This document shows positions 7,297 through 13,681 of a DNA stretch of 14,223 bases, piece after piece. Below the pieces are notes generated by a model. It was not told the origin of the DNA. It searched no databases and was given only the letters and a program-made list of their open reading frames with translations. A program made the position numbers and the translations under genes. Each line of letters opens with the position of its first letter. Within the stretch, counting starts at the first letter, position 1. This DNA is from a virus: UHGV virus genome UHGV-0138819; one strand, written 5' to 3'.

Positions 7297-7818
7297 TTGT
7301 GTGATGTTGCCAACAGCCTGACGGCTGAAACCCTTACGGTGCGAAGCACTTTACCAGAGGTAAACAAATCCGGTGCTGACGCCCCTGATTTGTCCCGTTT
7401 TTACAAGGCCCGCTCTCGTGATACCTCGTTGATCGAGACTGCTAAAAAAATGCTCGTTCACGGTTACACCCCAGGCAAAACGGCGCTGCTCCTACGCTTG
7501 CCGTATGACCTGGTAAAAGGCCTTTACGATAACTCGTGGAATCCTCGCTGTCGCAAGATAAGTAATACCAGTCAGTACGCTACTAAGCGAATGGCCCGAA
7601 TGTACTACGAATCCGGCGCAATGCTGGCAAAAATCTGTGCTGACCTTCAACTGCCTCTATTCACTGTGGTAACGCTGCTCAAGCGTGAAGGAATCACTGA
7701 AAAAGAAATGGCATCTCGAATGCCTGTTAGTGATGATCCGTTGTTCATTGAGTACCGGAAGACTATTTCACGCAAGCAGGCAGCGCCCCAACGCCGATCA
7801 CCACGACTGCATTATTAA
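7297..7818 (+). CDS. Hypothetical protein (173 aa), possible tandem HTH-like segments
   Basis: TTG start 5 nt after GGAGG (7287-7291). No family recognised. Confidence 0.5.
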   Translation: MCDVANSLTAETLTVRSTLPEVNKSGADAPDLSRFYKARSRDTSLIETAKKMLVHGYTPGKTALLLRLPYDLVKGLYDNSWNPRCRKISNTSQYATKRMARMYYESGAMLAKICADLQLPLFTVVTLLKREGITEKEMASRMPVSDDPLFIEYRKTISRKQAAPQRRSPRLHY

Positions 7819-7836
7819 TACCCCAGCCGGGGAAAC

Positions 7837-8265
7837 TTGACCCTATTTGAATATTTATCCTTTCTGCCGTTAGCGGTAGCTGTTCTCCAATGGCTTCGTG
7901 ACGGCCTGGACCTCTACAGGAAACATAACAATATGAATAACATTGAAGCAATCCGCGCCAGTATCCGGGAAGCAATGACCGCAGGAACAGACGAACCGGA
8001 AGATCTGAACAAATCCGCTGAAGAAGCATTGGCGGAGGCGGTGCAGAGTTACCTGTCCGCTTCGACTGCAACAGCCAGCGAGCCAGCCCCAAAAAGTGGT
8101 AAAACCATCAAGGAAAAAGGGATCGCTCTGTGCCACCAAGCCCAAGGTTATAGCGCTAATCTGCGTCCGGTAAGTCTCATGATGAAGGCAAGTCTTGATG
8201 AGCTAACACCTGAACAACGCGCCGCGCTTGAGCGTCTGGGTTACGATATCAATCAGGGGGTGTGA
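7837..8265 (+). CDS. Hypothetical protein (142 aa from TTG 7837, or 111 aa from ATG 7933)
   Basis: TTG 7837 preceded by GGGGA. In-frame ATG at 7933 preceded by AGGAAA. Its stop TGA (8263-8265) overlaps the next ATG (8265-8267). Confidence 0.5.
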   Translation: MTLFEYLSFLPLAVAVLQWLRDGLDLYRKHNNMNNIEAIRASIREAMTAGTDEPEDLNKSAEEALAEAVQSYLSASTATASEPAPKSGKTIKEKGIALCHQAQGYSANLRPVSLMMKASLDELTPEQRAALERLGYDINQGV

Positions 8266-10406
8266 TGTCTGGCACAAATAAGATTGTTACCAGCACCGTT
8301 AATGAAATCTCGTGGATCACAGACGATGCCTCATATCAAAAAGCCAAAAAGAAGATTATCTCGCTTAAGGCTGCTCATGAGAAACCAGCTAAAGCGCTTG
8401 AGAAGGCCCAGAAGCGGACCGTCCAGAGTGAAGGCAAAGCAGCACTAGCCGCAGCGAAAGCCCAGACAGCGAAGCTACGCCAGGCTGAACAATTGTCAAA
8501 ACAGCAACAGAAACAAGCTCAGATACAAGCCAAAATGGAACGGGATGCAGTCTCCCACGCTAATAAAATGACCTCATTACAGGCGCGTCAGTTATCCCAG
8601 CAGGAACAGGCCGCACGGCAGAATGCCAGACTAGCAGCGATATCTGACAAGGTGAGACAGGCGAGTCGCTCCCGTGCAATGACCTACAATCCCAACATGC
8701 CTGGAGTTCACTCCGATCCATCTCTGGTGGCACGTCAAAATGCAGCGATGAACCGTGGTCACGGCGCTGTTGCTGCTGACATCGCAGCCACCAAAAAGGC
8801 GATGGCCTTGGAGGAGAAGCGTCAGCGTGAGAAAGAGGCAGGCCTTAAGCGCGAGGTGACTTATTACAACAGTTTGCGCCGTAGCGCTCTGACTCTGGCA
8901 AACGTGAACGGCGCTGACGTTGCAACCCGGTACAAAGCCATCAGTGCAGCAAAAGAGGCACTTAAAGCCCAGAAAGAAGAGCGCTATACGGTTGAAGAGA
9001 CCCGCTTCGAAATGGCTCGTATCACCACCGAATTACGCAAGCAGGCTCGTCTGCAACAGCGTATGACCCGTGAGCAGAAAGCCGCAGGTGTTCGTGCTGG
9101 TCGTGTACGCACAGAAAGCCGTGGTGGTAGAGCTGGTCTTGCAGCTGCTGGTGTTATTGGTGGTGCGTCGTTAGTGGGTAGTATGGGCGTTTCTCGTGTC
9201 GGTCAGACCCTCCAGGGAAGCCTTGAGCGCTCTCGCGATGTGAAAAAACTCCAGCAGTACGGGATCAGCAACCTTGAGTTCGCTGCACTTCAGGATCTCT
9301 CGATGAGCCGTGTTGGTTACTCACTGAGTGCTGACAAGCTGGCTGACCTCAACAAGGACACAACCGAAAAGGCCGGGGAATTGTTAAACACCGGCTCTTT
9401 CAAACGTAACAAGAAAACTGGACAGGTGAATTTCAGCGGCGGTGGCGAGTTCGCAGATATCATCAACAATGTGCTGACCTCCACCAACGGTAACCAGAAG
9501 GTAGCACAGAAGGTGATCGGAGAACTGCAAAAGCTGGATTTTCCGACCTTCATCACTTACCTGAAACAGTTGCAGAAAACTTTCAAATGGACGGACAACC
9601 AGACCCGGCACCTGGCTGAGGCTGTGAATGATGGTTCGGTCTTCCTCGAAGTGTTCAATGATGAGGGGCAGGGACTTATCCAGCGTATGCATCAACTCTC
9701 TTCTGAAGGATGGACCCTATCTGATGCGCAGCAAGCCAACCTCGATAAACTGGCGGCGTTAGGTGCTGAGTACAACCGAGTGCAAACCAGCCTTGCAGAT
9801 CATTTCTCAGCCTCGTTTGTTGAAGGCCTGGGGCAGTACGCTGCCAATACTGAAACTCTACGTCAGAAGATGACTGGACTGATCCCAATTTCCGATGCCC
9901 TCGGCGTTGCCCTTGGTGAGCTAACCACCAACATTCTCTCCTTCTCTGGTCGAGTCGGTGAAGAACTTAAGAAAGGCGCGACATTGCCGGATGCGGTGTA
10001 TACGAGCGTGGTAGATGAATCTGCAAACGGTGCTGCCGATTGGATTAAGGAAAAGACAGGCTTTGATCCACGTAGCATCGGTCAGACGCTTAAGCAGATT
10101 TACCCGTGGCTGGATAGTTCAGCACCGAGCAATATTGGCTCAGGCACGGCGTATAACGATCCAGCGCTAGCGTTGAATGTTCCTAGCCTGAACTATCTGA
10201 CACCCCAGCAACCGACGTTTACGGTTCCGACAATTGACAGCATGACGCTGCGACAGCCGATTCCTGTCAGTGTTACCGGGCAAGCGAACATTAATCAGCA
10301 GATGGATGTGTTTGTCCATGACGATAAGATCGCAGGGCTGGTTGATACCAAGATAAGGGAGAACAACCACGCGCAGAATAACCTCATCCTTGGGATTGCA
10401 GACTAA
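8265..10406 (+). CDS. Large hypothetical protein (~713 aa): Ala/Lys/Gln-rich coiled-coil N-terminal ~300 aa, Gly-rich hydrophobic segment, unrecognised C-terminal region
   Basis: Uninterrupted 2.1 kb ORF with start overlapping the upstream stop (TGATG). Hydrophobic GLAAAGVIGGASLVGSMGV mid-protein. No Walker A, no relaxase HxH motif, no primase zinc-finger pattern seen. Confidence 0.7.
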   Translation: MSGTNKIVTSTVNEISWITDDASYQKAKKKIISLKAAHEKPAKALEKAQKRTVQSEGKAALAAAKAQTAKLRQAEQLSKQQQKQAQIQAKMERDAVSHANKMTSLQARQLSQQEQAARQNARLAAISDKVRQASRSRAMTYNPNMPGVHSDPSLVARQNAAMNRGHGAVAADIAATKKAMALEEKRQREKEAGLKREVTYYNSLRRSALTLANVNGADVATRYKAISAAKEALKAQKEERYTVEETRFEMARITTELRKQARLQQRMTREQKAAGVRAGRVRTESRGGRAGLAAAGVIGGASLVGSMGVSRVGQTLQGSLERSRDVKKLQQYGISNLEFAALQDLSMSRVGYSLSADKLADLNKDTTEKAGELLNTGSFKRNKKTGQVNFSGGGEFADIINNVLTSTNGNQKVAQKVIGELQKLDFPTFITYLKQLQKTFKWTDNQTRHLAEAVNDGSVFLEVFNDEGQGLIQRMHQLSSEGWTLSDAQQANLDKLAALGAEYNRVQTSLADHFSASFVEGLGQYAANTETLRQKMTGLIPISDALGVALGELTTNILSFSGRVGEELKKGATLPDAVYTSVVDESANGAADWIKEKTGFDPRSIGQTLKQIYPWLDSSAPSNIGSGTAYNDPALALNVPSLNYLTPQQPTFTVPTIDSMTLRQPIPVSVTGQANINQQMDVFVHDDKIAGLVDTKIRENNHAQNNLILGIAD

Positions 10407-10440
10407 AATCATCGTTCCGTCGAAAATGGCGCAGCAAATT

Positions 10441-10460
10441 GGCCCACACGAGAGAGGGCC
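10441..10460 (+). terminator. Weak terminator-like hairpin after the 714-aa gene
   Basis: GGCCC (10441-10445) pairs with GGGCC (10456-10460) around a 10-nt loop, followed by a T-rich stretch (GTTATTGTTTTTGTTGTTG). Confidence 0.25.
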
Positions 10461-10490
10461 GTTGAATTCGCCATGTTATTGTTTTTGTTG

Positions 10491-10520
10491 TTGCAAATGA
10501 TAATCATTCGTGTTAAAATA
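10491..10520 (+). promoter_or_regulatory. Fur-box-like palindrome (AATGAT-A-ATCATT) overlapping a candidate sigma70 promoter (TTGCAA, 18-bp spacer, TAAAAT)
   Basis: Perfect 6-1-6 inverted repeat at 10495-10507 inside 10493-10511, about 14/19 match to the Fur consensus GATAATGATAATCATTATC as I recall it. -35 TTGCAA 10491-10496, -10 TAAAAT 10515-10520. Confidence 0.35.
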
Positions 10521-10926
10521 ATATACAAGGTGAATTACAACAGCCAAATGTTTTCCCTTCTCCTTAGGAATCAAAGTGCGCTTTTCCCAGAGCGCCTTTT
10601 CTCATACAGCCAATATTCGCACCCTCTCACGGTAAGGTTAGGCCATTGCCGCTGGCTGTATCAGAAAAGATTTTCTCCGACCTTGGATCGGGGATTTGCC
10701 AAAGCCTTTCATCCTCGGAAGGCCGTCTTGCCAGACGAAAACTGGCATTGAGTGCGGCAGCGAAGATATGAGGTCTCCCGCTGCTGTGCTCCCTCATTCC
10801 TGAAGCGTGACCCGCCGATCATGCTTTCCAAATCTCTCCATCAGAAAATACCATCGTGAAGCTATTAGCAACGCATGTTGCTAACCCGTAAACGGGTGAA
10901 TTTCATCATCTCCGATGATCTACCAA

Positions 10927-10962
10927 CCGGGGCAGGCGTTTTCCTGCCTCCGGCTCTTTTTC
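10927..10962 (+). terminator. Terminator-like hairpin (CCGGGGCAGG / CCTGCC-T-CCGG) followed by CTCTTTTTCT
   Basis: About 10-bp GC-rich stem with one bulge, T-rich tract a few nt downstream. Confidence 0.4.
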
Positions 10963-10984
10963 TGTTGGGAATACAAATAAAAGA

Positions 10985-11010
10985 ATGCCGTCCGATGGAC
11001 GGTATTTTTT
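10985..11010. terminator. Rho-independent terminator, probably bidirectional
   Basis: Stem ATGCCGTCC / GGACGGTAT with loop GAT, then TTTTT on the plus strand. The plus-strand AAATAAAAG just upstream gives a U-rich tract on the minus strand. Confidence 0.6.
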
Positions 11011-11049
11011 CAACACAACCCGGCATATTCGCCGGATTATAAAAATTGC

Positions 11050-11412
11050 ATGGAGATACAACAAAATATGGCATTCGAACATGAAAGCAAAACCCCACAG
11101 GATGTATTGGTTTATACCGATAGCCCGATCTTTCATAAGCGCACCGTGATCTTTGATCTGGCTGCTGATGTGACTTGTGGTGATGTGATTAACCCGACCA
11201 CTGGCGCGGCATACGTTGCAGCCGATGCTGATAACTGTGCTGTAGCTCTGCAAAATCAAATCGCTGGTGATGCCCGTAGCCTGGTCATTTCAGACCGTGG
11301 CTGTGTGTTCAATCCATCTGGTCTGGTTGTAGCGGCTGCTGCAAAAGATGCTGCTTACGCTGCCCTTGTTAAGCAAGGCAACCGCATTGCTGACGCAAAC
11401 ACTGCAATCTAA
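11050..11412 (+). CDS. Putative phage head decoration-like protein (120 aa, or 114 aa from ATG 11068)
   Basis: Small Ala/Gly/Val/Asp-rich protein immediately upstream of a ~340-aa capsid-like ORF, the lambda D-E arrangement. Product call is inference from size, composition and gene order. GGAGA at 11052-11056 fits the 11068 start. Confidence 0.5.
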   Translation: MEIQQNMAFEHESKTPQDVLVYTDSPIFHKRTVIFDLAADVTCGDVINPTTGAAYVAADADNCAVALQNQIAGDARSLVISDRGCVFNPSGLVVAAAAKDAAYAALVKQGNRIADANTAI

Positions 11413-11430
11413 TCAAGGAGTGATAACAAT

Positions 11431-12447
11431 ATGAAATTAAGTGATTTTACTAACCTTTCCGGTCAGTTTGTGAAGCCAAGCGGCGAGGGGTTCCTTCTGT
11501 CCAGCCTGGGGATCTTTACCAGCCGTCCAAGTGATACGCAAATCATCGCGCTCGACACACTGGAAGATGTGCAGCGTGAAGTGACCAAATCTGTTGCCCG
11601 TTATGGTTCTGAAATGTCCGGTCTAAACTTCCCTAAAGCGGCTAACGTGACTGTTCAGGCTCCACTGCATGTCTACAGCTCAACCATCACCAGCCAGGAT
11701 TGGCAGGGGAAACGTCAGCCGGGAACAAATCGCCAGATGACCGCTGAAGATGTAGTTGCTAATCATACCCTGAAGCACTACCTGCAAACCCGCCGTGATG
11801 TTGAATATGCCATGGCGCAGAGCCTGCTTCACAATACTGTAGAGGCGACACACCTTCGTGAAGGTCCTGATCTGAACTGGCAAACCTTCTGGGGTATTAA
11901 CCAGCCGTCTGCTGTGGTGAAAACTGGCATCAGTGCCAACGTTATTACTGAGATGCAGAACGCTGTCACGCTGCTGAAGAAAAATCTGGGTGGCTGGTCT
12001 TCCAGCATCAAGCAGGTTTATCTGCTAGCGAGTCCGAGTCTTTTCACCGCCATTCAAGGCAACCCAACCGCATATCAGGCGGCTCTGTTTGGTGCTACGT
12101 CCCGTGACATCATTTTCCCTGACACTTTGGGCGCATATGATCGATACAACATCGGGCGCGTAACTGTAGTTCAGGTTGACGATCCGCTATACGGCATTGC
12201 AGATGGTGAAGGCTACATGCTGGCGACGTTCTCCAATGTTGTTGAAGGCGACCTTTCACCTTATATGACTTACCAGACTCCGGCGAGCCGTCATGCTGAC
12301 GTTGCTAATGGTCCGGTTTATCCGTCTTACCATTACGTTCTGCGTGATAAGTTCATGAATTATGAGGTGGTCAGCGAGCTATCACAAATTCAGATCCCAA
12401 TGCGTCCAGACTTCGTTTTGAAAATTACGATGGATGACGCGGCGTAA
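11431..12447 (+). CDS. Putative major capsid protein (338 aa), possibly lambda gpE-like
   Basis: AGGAG upstream of the ATG. Length and position after the small decoration-like ORF fit a major capsid protein. Family assignment not verified. Confidence 0.6.
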   Translation: MKLSDFTNLSGQFVKPSGEGFLLSSLGIFTSRPSDTQIIALDTLEDVQREVTKSVARYGSEMSGLNFPKAANVTVQAPLHVYSSTITSQDWQGKRQPGTNRQMTAEDVVANHTLKHYLQTRRDVEYAMAQSLLHNTVEATHLREGPDLNWQTFWGINQPSAVVKTGISANVITEMQNAVTLLKKNLGGWSSSIKQVYLLASPSLFTAIQGNPTAYQAALFGATSRDIIFPDTLGAYDRYNIGRVTVVQVDDPLYGIADGEGYMLATFSNVVEGDLSPYMTYQTPASRHADVANGPVYPSYHYVLRDKFMNYEVVSELSQIQIPMRPDFVLKITMDDAA

Positions 12448-12509
12448 GACAGCGTATTTTGGGGGCGCATTGCCCCCGCTGCAGGCGAGCCAAAGGAAAG
12501 GAGATACAT

Positions 12510-12722
12510 ATGAAATTAGCTTTGATCGGTACTGGCAACATGCCGCTGATGCAGTGGATTCTAGATGGCAAGGGCGATGATGCGATTATCAACATGTCAG
12601 CGTTAGCACGCAGGCTTGAGTGTAGTCGTTCCAGCCTACTTGACCGCATCCATACGCATGGATTCGACAGCGCTATTAGGTACTACCTCAACGAACAGCG
12701 ACAACGAAAACTGAAAACATGA
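12510..12722 (+). CDS. Small HTH-like protein (70 aa); candidate DNA-binding, excisionase or packaging accessory
   Basis: Strong SD (AAGGAAAGGAGA) 6 nt before ATG 12510. The ORF track extends it to 12459, but the SD supports 12510. INMSALARRLECSRSSLLDRI resembles a helix-turn-helix. Confidence 0.55.
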   Translation: MKLALIGTGNMPLMQWILDGKGDDAIINMSALARRLECSRSSLLDRIHTHGFDSAIRYYLNEQRQRKLKT

Positions 12723-12723
12723 G

Positions 12724-12749
12724 AGCCGGGTTAATCCCGGCTTTTTTTA
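12724..12749. terminator. Strong rho-independent terminator shared by convergent genes
   Basis: AGCCGGG-TTAAT-CCCGGCT followed by 7 T (12743-12749), 1 nt after the plus-strand stop. The hairpin overlaps the last codons and stop of the minus-strand CDS. Confidence 0.8.
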
Positions 12750-13366
12750 TGTACTTTGCTGAAGTCAAAAAGATTGTCAAATTTAATGATATCTAATCCA
12801 GAGATAGCGTGATTAACATCTTTCATCATTGCGCCATGTTCATCATAAGCGTTACGTATTGCCATGAATTCTTCTGGTGTTATCTGTGCTTTAAGCAAAG
12901 CCTGCATGATGAGAGTCATCAGTTTTGAGATGGCTATTTGCGTATTACCAGAAGATCGAAGAAGGGCGTTGAATGGCTCCCAGGAAACCTTTTTAATCAG
13001 AACATTATAGTGACTTAACTTGATGAAAGAGCTACCAATGCGAAAGGTATTTTCCGTCATATCTTTCAAGGATTCTTGAATATGATAATAGCTTTCTTCG
13101 TCGGCTTTTTGTCCTGATTTCGCCAGTGTGTCGAGAAAAGTCATAATGCGGTTTAAGTCAAAGCGCATACGATTGTAACGGCTTCTGGTGCTATCAATTT
13201 CTTCTTTAAGAGCGATTGCTGAATCAATTGCCCGCTCCATTTTTCTCGTCTTCACAATCTCCTGAAGTTTAACCCCTCCGAAGATGACGCCGCCAACCAC
13301 ACTCAACGCTGTTACAGCATTCGAAGCGATAGAGATAATGTTATCCCATGCTTGTAAATCCATCAT
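12731..13366 (-). CDS. Hypothetical membrane-anchored protein (211 aa) with one N-terminal transmembrane helix; candidate exclusion or defence gene
   Basis: AAGAGG SD before the ATG on the minus strand. N-terminus IISIASNAVTALSVVGGVIFGGV looks like a TM helix. Appears AT-rich by eye. Convergent with the capsid operon, adjacent to attR. Confidence 0.65.
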   Translation of the reverse strand: MMDLQAWDNIISIASNAVTALSVVGGVIFGGVKLQEIVKTRKMERAIDSAIALKEEIDSTRSRYNRMRFDLNRIMTFLDTLAKSGQKADEESYYHIQESLKDMTENTFRIGSSFIKLSHYNVLIKKVSWEPFNALLRSSGNTQIAISKLMTLIMQALLKAQITPEEFMAIRNAYDEHGAMMKDVNHAISGLDIIKFDNLFDFSKVHKKSRD

Positions 13367-13405
13367 AACCTCTTTTTTTAATGCGGTAGTTGACGACTTA
13401 AGAGC

Positions 13406-13435
13406 ATTCTACATGGCACACATTGTGTCACTCAA
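13406..13435 (-). promoter_or_regulatory. Candidate sigma70 promoter for the 12731-13366 gene (minus strand: TTGAGT, 18-bp spacer, TAGAAT)
   Basis: Reverse complement of 13406-13411 is TAGAAT and of 13430-13435 is TTGAGT, about 35 nt upstream of the minus-strand ATG. Confidence 0.3.
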
Positions 13436-13556
13436 CCTGTCACACATAGACCAAAAGGGCCGCTTTTACCGTTTACAAGACTTCCCGCTGGCATTACTAT
13501 CCTGATCAGGGATTAATGAGGAGCATTAATCGCAAGCTTTTGATTTTATAGTACAT

Positions 13557-13627
13557 GACTCGGGGTGCCCTTCTTTGTGAAGGCTGAGAAATACCCGTAT
13601 TACCTGATCTGGATAATGCCAGCGTAG
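13557..13627 (+). repeat. attR: element-derived riboswitch-like 5' arm plus shared core; right copy of the 71-bp direct repeat
   Basis: Differs from 188-258 at three positions (TT for GC at 13575-13576, T for C at 13601). Canonical host sequence resumes after 13627 (GGAAGTCACGG...). Confidence 0.8.
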
Positions 13628-13681
13628 GGAAGTCACGGACCACCAGGTCATTGCTTCTTCACGTTATGGCAGGAGCAAACT
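13557..13681 (+). promoter_or_regulatory. TPP (thi-box) riboswitch in the thiM 5' leader, hybrid of element-derived 5' aptamer half and host 3' half plus expression platform
   Basis: GGGGTGCCCTTCT..GTGAAGGCTGAGAAATACCCGTAT.ACCTGATCTGGATAATGCCAGCGTAGGGAAGTCACGGACCACCAGGTCATTGCTTCTTCACGTTATGGCAGGAGCAAACTATG matches the E. coli thiM riboswitch as I recall it, apart from three substitutions in the 5' half. Confidence 0.85.

Larger units (their letters stand above)
233..13627. mobile_element. Integrated ~13.4 kb integrase-bearing element (satellite-like or genomic islet) in the thiM leader; boundaries approximate, set by the repeated core
   Basis: Tyrosine integrase sits immediately inside attL. 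Host rcnR and thiM lie outside the repeats. Identical 26-bp core at 233-258 and 13602-13627. Confidence 0.75.

Noticed and set aside
7763-8145. Minus-strand ORFs 7763-8092 and 7870-8145
   Set aside because: Antisense to the 7837-8265 gene; Cys/Gly/Arg-rich translation typical of non-coding frames.
9317-10412. Minus-strand ORFs inside the 714-aa gene
   Set aside because: Antisense shadow ORFs within a long, uninterrupted plus-strand CDS.
10473-10751. 92-aa ORF downstream of the Fur-like box
   Set aside because: Hydrophobic/low-complexity start overlapping the promoter; the internal ATG at 10548 has a poorly spaced SD and a Ser/Leu/Arg/Pro-rich translation. The region is better explained as structured noncoding RNA or leader.
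10865-11259. Minus-strand ORFs overlapping terminators and the decoration-like gene start
   Set aside because: They run through strong hairpin terminators and are antisense to the capsid-module start; no RBS.
11680-12649. Minus-strand ORFs (11680-11883, 11829-12011, 12425-12649)
   Set aside because: Antisense to the capsid-like CDS and the small HTH gene; no RBS.
13284-13505. 73-aa plus-strand ORF
   Set aside because: Overlaps the start and promoter region of the better-supported minus-strand gene; no SD.
233-13627. Classification as a P4-like satellite, PICI or cf-PICI
   Set aside because: No alpha-type primase/helicase, no Sid/Delta/Psu-like trio, no AlpA/Pri-Rep pair and no terminase or portal could be recognised by eye; I cannot exclude remote homology without profile searches, so the element is left unclassified.
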